Virus record (IMG/VR): IMGVR_UViG_3300027977_000008 | Location: 32,001 to 96,000 of that record | DNA: 64,000 bases | Direction: 5' to 3' (one strand) | Source of the DNA: a virus | Shown: piece after piece, positions 57,088 through 64,000 of the stretch | Layout: each line of letters opens with the position of its first letter | How positions within the stretch are numbered: position 1 is the stretch's first letter | Program-made: the position numbers and the translations under genes | Notes under the pieces: model-generated | Seen by the model: only the letters and a program-made list of their open reading frames with translations | What the model was told of the DNA's origin: nothing | Database searches by the model: none

Positions 57088-57307
57088 CAAGGAGTTAACA
57101 AACTCCTCAAAATGGATCGTTTGTGGATGTCCAAATCAAGCAACAATTTATAATGATAAAATTTCTGCAGTAGATCTTTCGCAGATTGTTATCATAGAAG
57201 GGTTGACAAAGAAAAAAAATTCTGGTATACTGAGTCAAGATGACCTCGCTTTTCAAGAGGCAAAACGTCAACGAAAAGTTAAAAAACTTGAATTTGAAAT
57301 TCGTTAA
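57047..57307 (+). CDS. Zn-finger hypothetical protein
   Basis: CKTC..CGCPN; R.VKKLEFEIR. Confidence 0.7.
   Translation: MNLNTLTIRCKTCNKELTNSSKWIVCGCPNQATIYNDKISAVDLSQIVIIEGLTKKKNSGILSQDDLAFQEAKRQRKVKKLEFEIR
57203..57231 (+). promoter_or_regulatory. sigma70 promoter
   Basis: TTGACA-17 nt-TATACT with TG extension. Confidence 0.6.
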
Positions 57308-57438
57308 TGTGGAAACTTTGGTGTAAAGCATTAGGTGAAAAATCTTCTGATAACAATCATGAAGCAGATCGCATAGCAATTATTCGTACCATAATCTTTC
57401 TGAAATTGCAAGATTTAGATCTTGGAAGAATGTTCTAA
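57307..57438 (+). CDS. Small hypothetical ORF, 3' end probably disrupted
   Basis: MWKLWCKALGEK...ADRIAIIRTIIF then runs into the HNH remnant sequence. Confidence 0.5.
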   Translation: MWKLWCKALGEKSSDNNHEADRIAIIRTIIFLKLQDLDLGRMF

Positions 57439-57503
57439 AAGAACTTAGTAAATGCGAAGTCTTATGTTCTAACTGTCATAGAATAGAACACTTCAAAGAA
57501 TAA
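57390..57503 (+). pseudogene. C-terminal remnant of an HNH endonuclease
   Basis: Start-less frame reads HNLSEIARFRSWKNVLKELSKCEVLCSNCHRIEHFKE*. Confidence 0.65.
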
Positions 57504-57579
57504 CCGAACGTCGCCTAACTTGGTCATGGCACCGCTTTTGGGAAGCGGAATAATCTGAGTTCAAATCTCAGCGTTCGGA
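57504..57579 (+). tRNA. tRNA-Pro(TGG)
   Basis: CCGAACG/CGTTCGG; CCGCT-TTTGGGA-AGCGG; GTTCAAATC. Confidence 0.88.
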
Positions 57580-57582
57580 CTC

Positions 57583-57616
57583 GGCACTTGACAAAAGTGC
57601 CTTTTCATTCTATACT
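57583..57616 (+). promoter_or_regulatory. Terminator-like hairpin containing the -35 box of a sigma70 promoter
   Basis: GGCACTT-GACAA-AAGTGCC plus T-run; TTGACA(57588)-17 nt-TATACT(57611). Confidence 0.65.
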
Positions 57617-57640
57617 AAAACAGTAAACTTACAACAACAA

Positions 57641-57868
57641 ATGTCTCGCAGTCCATTTTTTTCTAAGTTCAAAACAGACATCAAAAAACTTACTTCTGCT
57701 GTAAAAGGAAGTGTTTATCTTGATGAAATGTATCCTAAACTTTATGAAAAACTTTGTAAATACTACAAATCTCGCAATGTTTATTTTTATGACGATGCGG
57801 AAAAGGATTACAACGTAATTCTTGATAATCTAGAATATGATCTAATGGACGCGGGCGTTTTAGTCTAA
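57641..57868 (+). CDS. Conserved cyanophage hypothetical protein
   Basis: F.SKFK.DI..L..A..G...LD..YPKL. Confidence 0.7.
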   Translation: MSRSPFFSKFKTDIKKLTSAVKGSVYLDEMYPKLYEKLCKYYKSRNVYFYDDAEKDYNVILDNLEYDLMDAGVLV

Positions 57869-58269
57869 GTCATGGAGAGACTATAAAAACCCTGGTCGGG
57901 AGCAACCCAATGCCTAAATCTAGTATTTTACGATACCTAGGCAACATTCTCCTCATACTTGGGTATCAACTTATGTTATGGGGAGATTTTCGTTATGGAT
58001 TACTTATCAAGTGTATTGGTGGTATTCTAATAATACCGTTTGCAATTAAACTTAAACTTTATGACGTTTTAACCTTATGTGGATTTTTCTCCATAAACGA
58101 AATTGCAAAACTGGTAAATTTGTTTTCTTAATTTTTTAAAAAAATAAGTGGTGGAGTCAATTATGACCCTATTGTTTTCTTGCTTTTTTCAAGAGCAAGT
58201 GGTGCGGATGGGGAATTCTTTCTCCGCCTGGTTTCCAATTTCCAGTTAAAGAATTGGTGGCGAGCTTGA
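57868..58269 (+). ncRNA. manA-type cyanophage structured RNA, apparently interrupted by an ORF
   Basis: AGTC-ATGGAGA-GACT and CCCTGGTCGGG elements, then three GTTTC-hairpin-GTGG(T/C)G units; upstream of a Man-6-P isomerase-like cupin and near tRNAs; family recognised from memory, not from a covariance search. Confidence 0.6.
57910..58131 (+). CDS. Small multi-TM membrane protein
   Basis: 73 aa hydrophobic; LRY.GN..L..GY..MLWG. Confidence 0.65.
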   Translation: MPKSSILRYLGNILLILGYQLMLWGDFRYGLLIKCIGGILIIPFAIKLKLYDVLTLCGFFSINEIAKLVNLFS

Positions 58270-58287
58270 GAATTTACTTATACGAAA

Positions 58288-58656
58288 ATGGATTGTACAT
58301 GTGTACGTAGGAAAAGACCTTGGGGTTGGTATGAAACTATTGACAAAGGACTAACACATAAAGTCAAACGAATTTATGTAAATCCAAATCAAAGGTTTTC
58401 ACTTCAGTATCATAATTATCGAATAGAGCACTGGATTATTGTCCAGGGTTCTGGTATTGTTCAATTAAACGAATATACTGAATGGGTTTATCCTGGAAAA
58501 CATTTTCATATTGCAATTAACTCCCGTCACCGCATGACTGCTGGTGACAATGGAGTTCTTTTTATTGAAGTTCAACATGGGCAATGCCAGGAGAACGATG
58601 TTGTAAGATTGGAAGATGATTATGGTAGAATTGATAACGTGTATTATAACGACTGA
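58288..58656 (+). CDS. Mannose-6-phosphate isomerase type II cupin domain
   Basis: RPWG.Y, SLQYH..R.EHW.IV.G, IEVQ.G...E.D.VR.EDDYGR. Confidence 0.85.
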   Translation: MDCTCVRRKRPWGWYETIDKGLTHKVKRIYVNPNQRFSLQYHNYRIEHWIIVQGSGIVQLNEYTEWVYPGKHFHIAINSRHRMTAGDNGVLFIEVQHGQCQENDVVRLEDDYGRIDNVYYND

Positions 58657-59588
58657 TGTTTTTAGTTACTGGCGGCGCAGGTTTTATCGGCAGTAACTTC
58701 CTTCACTATATGAAGGAAGTTACGAATGAAAAAGTTATTGTGCTGGACAACTTAACTTACGCTGCGGATCTTCGGTTTATTCCTGAAGATCCGCAGTTTG
58801 AGTTTGTTTGGTGCGATATCACAAATGAAAATCATGTAAATTATATCTTCAAAAAATATAAACCACGCAAAGTTTTTCACTTTGCTGCAGAAAGTCATGT
58901 TGATAATTCAATCAGAAACTATAGACCATTTTTAGAAACAAATGTAATTGGAACAGTCAATCTTTTAAATGCAAGTTTAACAATTGATATACAGAAGTTT
59001 CATCATATTTCCACAGATGAAGTCTATGGATCATTAGAATACGAAGATACAGAATTATTCACAGAAGAAACTCCTTATGATCCCAGGAATCCATACAGTG
59101 CCAGTAAAGCAGCTTCCGATCATTATGTCAGAACATGGCACAACACTTACGGATTACCTTATCTCATTACTAACTGTAGCAATAATTATGGTCCTCATCA
59201 GCACATTGAAAAACTTATTCCAAAGGTAATTTTCAATACACTAAAGGATGAAGTGACTTATATGTATGGTGGTGGGCAACAGATTAGAGACTGGTTATAT
59301 GTTTACGATCATTGCCGCGCTATTTGGATGCTTGAAGATCAGCGTGTTATGAATGATCGTTTTAATATTGGTGGGGACTGTGAATTAAAAAACATTGATG
59401 TTACCAAAAAGATTTTAAAAATTCTTGGTAAACCAGAAAATTTAATTAAAGTATCTCAAGATCGTCCTGGACAAGATAAACGTTATGGTATGAGTTTTGA
59501 AAAACTTACACAACACACTGGTTGGATCCCACATTTTGATTTTGATCAAGCACTTAAAATGACTGTTGATTGGTATTTGAAACAATGA
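58656..59588 (+). CDS. rfbB: dTDP-glucose 4,6-dehydratase
   Basis: GGAGFIG, HFAAESHVD, STDEVYG, YSASK, NCSNNYGP. Confidence 0.92.
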   Translation: MFLVTGGAGFIGSNFLHYMKEVTNEKVIVLDNLTYAADLRFIPEDPQFEFVWCDITNENHVNYIFKKYKPRKVFHFAAESHVDNSIRNYRPFLETNVIGTVNLLNASLTIDIQKFHHISTDEVYGSLEYEDTELFTEETPYDPRNPYSASKAASDHYVRTWHNTYGLPYLITNCSNNYGPHQHIEKLIPKVIFNTLKDEVTYMYGGGQQIRDWLYVYDHCRAIWMLEDQRVMNDRFNIGGDCELKNIDVTKKILKILGKPENLIKVSQDRPGQDKRYGMSFEKLTQHTGWIPHFDFDQALKMTVDWYLKQ

Positions 59589-60400
59589 TTTCTCTATACG
59601 GTGGTACTGGGTTTGTAGGTGGTAATTTTAAAAAAATGTATGATGGTTGCATAGAAATGCAACGTGATGAACGCAAACCCAAGACAAAGAATATTTTATA
59701 TTTTATCTCCACAGTTGACAATTATAATGTTCATGATAGAATTACTCTAGACGTAGATACTAATTTAAAAGTTCTATGTGAAGTATTAGATCATTGTAGA
59801 TCTGAAGACATTACTTTCAATTTTATTAGTTCTTGGTTTGTGTATGGTAAAACACCATATATTCCAGCAAAAGAAGATGCACGTTGTGAACCAACAGGAT
59901 TTTATTCCATTACTAAACGCTGTGCAGAACAACTAATCATGTCGTTCGCAGAGACATACGGAATAAAATATCGCATTCTTCGCCTTTGTAATGTTCTTGG
60001 TGTTGGGGATCAAAAAGCATCTAGAAAAAAGAATGCTATTACTTGGTTGATTGATGAACTCAAACTTCATCATGACATCAAACTTTATAATCACGGATCA
60101 CATTGTCGTGATATTATGCACGTTCAAGATGTTTGTCGTGCAATTAAACTTGTAATTGATGGTGGTAATTTAAACGAAATCTATAATATTGGATCTGGTA
60201 AACCAACATCAGTTGGTGAAATCATTCATCTTGCTAACCACTATATAAAGTCGAAAGGTAAGATTGAGAATATGGAACCGCCAGCGTTTCATAAAAATGT
60301 TCAGACAGAAAACTTCTGGATGGACACAAGGAAACTTCAAATGCTTGGGTTTGAACCAAAACTTTCATTAGAATTTATCGTCAAAGATTTATGTCTGTAA
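59585..60400 (+). CDS. NAD-dependent epimerase/dehydratase
   Basis: GGTGFVG, SSWFVYG, YSITK. Confidence 0.85.
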   Translation: MISLYGGTGFVGGNFKKMYDGCIEMQRDERKPKTKNILYFISTVDNYNVHDRITLDVDTNLKVLCEVLDHCRSEDITFNFISSWFVYGKTPYIPAKEDARCEPTGFYSITKRCAEQLIMSFAETYGIKYRILRLCNVLGVGDQKASRKKNAITWLIDELKLHHDIKLYNHGSHCRDIMHVQDVCRAIKLVIDGGNLNEIYNIGSGKPTSVGEIIHLANHYIKSKGKIENMEPPAFHKNVQTENFWMDTRKLQMLGFEPKLSLEFIVKDLCL

Positions 60401-61707
60401 ACGGAAAAGTAACAAATTTTATTTCGCAACTGCAACGTGAAGGTGAAAACCTTTTTCCTTATCTTGCTAATAAGAATTGGAAGAAGGGGGATCAGATTTT
60501 TTACTCTGGTCCTTACTGGGATGAACGTGAAGTTGCTGCAGCAATTACAACTCTTCTAGAAGGTAAGTGGTTGCCTGCTGGTGAAGAAGTCGATAAGTTT
60601 GAACGAGCATTTTCTAAGATGTTTGATTTCAAACATTCTTTGATGGTTAACTCAGGTTCTTCTGCAAACCTGGTGATGATCGCTGCACTAAAAAAATACT
60701 TTGACTGGCAAGATGGTGATGAGATCATCGTTTGTGCTTGTGGATTCCCAACTACAATTAATCCTATCATTCAGAATGGTTTGAAACCAATCTTTGTAGA
60801 TATTGATTACAGTGATTTGAATTGGGATCTAAAACAGATTCGTGAAAAGATTATGACTAGAACAAAAGCAGTATTCTCTTCACCTGTCTTGGGAAATCCC
60901 TACGACTTTGATAAGTTTTTTGATATTATCAAGCAGTATAATCTTCATTACATCGCTGATAACTGTGATAGTCTTGGTAGTAAGTGGAGAGGTGATCTTC
61001 TTACCAAACATGCCGTCGCAGCGTCGTGTTCGTTTTACCCAGCTCACCATATCAGCACTATCGAAGGAGGAATGGTTTCCTCTAACAATGAAGAGATTGT
61101 TCAGATTGCTAGATCTTTTGCCTGGTGGGGTCGTGGATGTTATTGTGTAGGATCCCAAAATAAACTGCCTAACGGTGTTTGTGGTAATCGCTTCGACCGC
61201 TGGTTAGAAGGGTACGATAAGGATATTGATCATAAGTATGTCTTTGGCGTTCAAGGATACAACCTCAAACCTGCAGACTTGCAAGGGTCTATTGGTCTTG
61301 TGCAGTTGGAAAAACAAATAGATATCCATGATATTCGTCGTATCAACAAATCTCGACTTCATGAGATCTTCTCTAAGATCCCTGGTGTAAGAGTTATTGA
61401 AGAAAAAGAACATGCCGAAACCTCCTGGTTTGGAGTTCCTATTGTATATGATGACGGTAAACCACAACTTGTTAAATATTTGGAGGGTTGTGGTATTCAA
61501 ACAAGAAATTATTTTGCTGGTAATATTCTTGCACATCCTGGATATCGTCACATCGAACCAGCATCAAACTATCCTAACGCATCTAAAGTGTTAGATAATG
61601 TATTTTTCCTTGGATGTAGTCCAGTTATTACCAGTGAAATGATCGACTACATAGAAGAGGTTGTCCAAAACTATACAAAAGAAACTTTATTCTATCATTC
61701 AGTATGA
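60391..61707 (+). CDS. RfbH/DdhC-like PMP-dependent 3-dehydratase (DegT family)
   Basis: NSGSSANL, DNCD.LG, SFYPAHH (His in place of Lys), GRGCYC...C Fe-S ligands, GYNLK. Confidence 0.8.
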   Translation: MSVNGKVTNFISQLQREGENLFPYLANKNWKKGDQIFYSGPYWDEREVAAAITTLLEGKWLPAGEEVDKFERAFSKMFDFKHSLMVNSGSSANLVMIAALKKYFDWQDGDEIIVCACGFPTTINPIIQNGLKPIFVDIDYSDLNWDLKQIREKIMTRTKAVFSSPVLGNPYDFDKFFDIIKQYNLHYIADNCDSLGSKWRGDLLTKHAVAASCSFYPAHHISTIEGGMVSSNNEEIVQIARSFAWWGRGCYCVGSQNKLPNGVCGNRFDRWLEGYDKDIDHKYVFGVQGYNLKPADLQGSIGLVQLEKQIDIHDIRRINKSRLHEIFSKIPGVRVIEEKEHAETSWFGVPIVYDDGKPQLVKYLEGCGIQTRNYFAGNILAHPGYRHIEPASNYPNASKVLDNVFFLGCSPVITSEMIDYIEEVVQNYTKETLFYHSV

Positions 61708-62765
61708 CTCAATATATTAAAAAAGCACTAGTTCTTGGTGCAGGTGGCTTTATTGGAAGTCATATGGTTAAAAGACTACGATCCGAAGGATATTGGGTTC
61801 GTGGTGTAGATCTAAAGAACCCTGAGTATTCTCCTACTGAAGCACATGAATTTGTTCATGGGGATCTTCGTGATGTAGATTTTGTTCGTCGTGTTCTGGA
61901 ATATAAAGGTGATAGAGGAAACTTCTATCAGTCAGTTCCCTATCGTTATATTCAGGCATTTGATGAGATCTATCAGTTTGCTGCTGATATGGGAGGCGCA
62001 GGATTTGTTTTCACTGGTGAAAATGATGCAAACATTATGCATAATTCTGTAACAATTAACTTAAACGTTCTTGAGATGCAGCATCAAATGAATGAAAGAC
62101 TTGGTATTAATAAGACCAAGATCTTTTATTCTGGTTCTGCATGTATGTACCCAGAGCATAATCAACTTGATCCTGACAATCCTGACTGCCGTGAAGAATC
62201 CGCTTATCCTGCTGCACCAGATTCTGAATATGGTTGGGAGAAACTTTTTTCGGAACGTCTTTACTTTGCGTACCATAGGAATCATGGCATACCTGTTAGG
62301 GTATCTCGTTATCATAATATATTTGGTCCAGAGGGAACCTGGGAAGGTGGACGTGAAAAAGCACCAGCAGCAATCTGTCGTAAGGTAGCATATCTTCCTG
62401 CAGAAGGTGGAACTATTGATGTATGGGGAGATGGTGAACAAACTCGTTCATTCCTTTATATCGATGAATGTATTGAGGCAACTCGTCGCATGATGGATTC
62501 GGATTTTATTGGACCAGTAAATATTGGTTCTGAAGAAATGGTAACTATCAATCAGTTGGTAGATACTGCTGCCAAAATTGCTAATAAACAAGTAGAAAAA
62601 AATCATATTGATGGTCCTCTTGGTGTTCGTGGACGTAATTCTAACAACGATCTTGTCCGTGAGAAACTTGGTTGGGAGTATTCTATGACATTGGAAGATG
62701 GAATTTTAAAAACTTATAAATGGATTACTAATCAAATTTTAAAAAAAATTTATAGTGTTGACTGA
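61704..62765 (+). CDS. GDP-mannose 3,5-epimerase-like NAD-dependent epimerase
   Basis: GAGGFIG, AADMGG.GF, SAC.YPE, YGWEK, GGREKAPAA.CRK, GVRGRNS. Confidence 0.85.
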   Translation: MTQYIKKALVLGAGGFIGSHMVKRLRSEGYWVRGVDLKNPEYSPTEAHEFVHGDLRDVDFVRRVLEYKGDRGNFYQSVPYRYIQAFDEIYQFAADMGGAGFVFTGENDANIMHNSVTINLNVLEMQHQMNERLGINKTKIFYSGSACMYPEHNQLDPDNPDCREESAYPAAPDSEYGWEKLFSERLYFAYHRNHGIPVRVSRYHNIFGPEGTWEGGREKAPAAICRKVAYLPAEGGTIDVWGDGEQTRSFLYIDECIEATRRMMDSDFIGPVNIGSEEMVTINQLVDTAAKIANKQVEKNHIDGPLGVRGRNSNNDLVREKLGWEYSMTLEDGILKTYKWITNQILKKIYSVD

Positions 62766-63424
62766 TGAATACAAATTACAATGTGGATTGTGATATCCTA
62801 ATTAACAACTTCCCTGGGGTTGAAAAAATTAAAAGAAATTTTTCTCAAGCATATCAAGATTTATTTGTTTTGACTATGCTTCAAGGAAAACGTAGTGGTA
62901 AGTATCTTGAAGTTGGTGCTAATCATCCAGTAGAATTTAATAATACTTTTCTTTTAGAAGATATGTTTATGTGGAAAGGAATTTCTGTTGAAATCAACAA
63001 AGAAATGGTTGAACTATTCAATACCATTCGTCATAACAAATGTGAATATGCAGATGGTACTGTCTTTGAGTTTTTAAAGAAACTGGATGGTCGTAGGTGG
63101 AAAGATAAAACGATTGATTATCTTTCACTTGACTGTGAACCTGCGATGACAACTTATAAAATTCTTACTAGAATTCCTTTTGATGAATATAAAGTTTCTG
63201 TCATTACATACGAAACAGATGTCTATAAAGATGGTCCTCAAGCAAGAGAACTATCAAGAGAATTTTTGAAATCTAAAGGATTTGAATTGGTTGCTGCTGA
63301 TGTTTGTAATGGTGACAATCCTTATGAAGATTGGTATGTAGATCCAACAGTCATTCCAGAAACAATCTGGGGACCATTTATTTCTAAAGGTGCTGAAGCA
63401 AGAAATTTGTTTGTATGTCAGTAA
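62765..63424 (+). CDS. FkbM-like SAM methyltransferase
   Basis: SQ..QD, YLEVGA..P...NNT..LE, IDYLSLD.E. Confidence 0.75.
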   Translation: MNTNYNVDCDILINNFPGVEKIKRNFSQAYQDLFVLTMLQGKRSGKYLEVGANHPVEFNNTFLLEDMFMWKGISVEINKEMVELFNTIRHNKCEYADGTVFEFLKKLDGRRWKDKTIDYLSLDCEPAMTTYKILTRIPFDEYKVSVITYETDVYKDGPQARELSREFLKSKGFELVAADVCNGDNPYEDWYVDPTVIPETIWGPFISKGAEARNLFVCQ

Positions 63425-64000
63425 AAATTTCACATTGGTATGGAAGACTTGGTAATAACATTCAGCAGTGTGCTGTTGGATGTATGGTTGCTGAAGTATT
63501 GATGACACAATTTGAAAGTATTGATCATGAAATTATCTCAAAATATCAAACTTCATTTGGATATGGCACTCAAGAACTATCATCAAAGTTCTTCTACTGG
63601 GAAGGTATATATAAAGAAGTTGATCTTCCTAGGGATCATATCTATCGCAACATGCGTAGGATTTGTAAAGAATACATTGCACCACATCTAAAATTGCCAC
63701 CCAAGAAAATTATATCTGACGATACTGTTGTTATTCACCTTAGGAGTGGAGATATTTTTGACCAAGTTCATCCTAACGGTCATCAGTATACTCCTAATCC
63801 TCTTGATTTTTACAACAAATTACTTTCTAATTTTGAAAAAGCGATTGTTGTTACCGAACCCGATAAAAACAATCCCATTGTTGAAGTTCTTAGACAAAAT
63901 CCAAAAGTAACTATTCAATCTTCTTCTGTTGCTGAAGATTTTGTAACCCTAATGTCAGCAAAAAATTTAGCAAATTCTGGTGTGGGAACATTTTGTGTAG
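63415..64000 (+). CDS. GT11-like (alpha-1,2-fucosyltransferase-like) glycosyltransferase, partial
   Basis: ATG 63415 MSVKISHWYGRLGNNIQQ; VIHLRSGD motif; open to the window end, so absent from the ORF track. Confidence 0.7.
   Translation, partial: MSVKISHWYGRLGNNIQQCAVGCMVAEVLMTQFESIDHEIISKYQTSFGYGTQELSSKFFYWEGIYKEVDLPRDHIYRNMRRICKEYIAPHLKLPPKKIISDDTVVIHLRSGDIFDQVHPNGHQYTPNPLDFYNKLLSNFEKAIVVTEPDKNNPIVEVLRQNPKVTIQSSSVAEDFVTLMSAKNLANSGVGTFCV

Overview
Core-genome segment of a T4-like cyanomyophage (Kyanoviridae-like; hli, SLH-porin and manA-type RNA point to a picocyanobacterial host). Almost all genes are on the + strand. Order: fibre/structural genes, neck gp13-15, terminase gp16/17, sheath/tube gp18/19, portal gp20, gp21-23, gp3, uvsY/W, gp55, gp47/46, hli, a lone minus-strand radical-SAM pair, gp45/44, an inserted 2OG-oxygenase/dam/speD/HNH block, gp62, regA, hsp20, gp43, uvsX, gp41, mazG, late/head-associated ORFs, primase gp61, nrdA/B, a lysis module, six tRNAs with other structured RNAs, and the start of a nucleotide-sugar/LPS-like cluster. 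The strongest unexplained signals are: (1) a dnaX-type -1 frameshift cassette (A AAA AAG + stop + 10-bp hairpin) that appears to be the only route to a complete GH24 lysozyme, giving a C39-peptidase/lysozyme fusion, bracketed by a partial duplicate of the peptidase; (2) a 76-aa ORF that copies the N-arm of this phage's own major capsid protein; (3) several late ORFs with T4-type capsid-targeting or gp21-cleavage signatures, including a nucleotidyltransferase; (4) a non-canonical tRNA-like RNA, and a manA-type RNA interrupted by an ORF; (5) late-promoter/RBS-sequestering hairpins and a perfect antisense sigma70 promoter. All gene calls are by motif and synteny recognition; no database searches were run.
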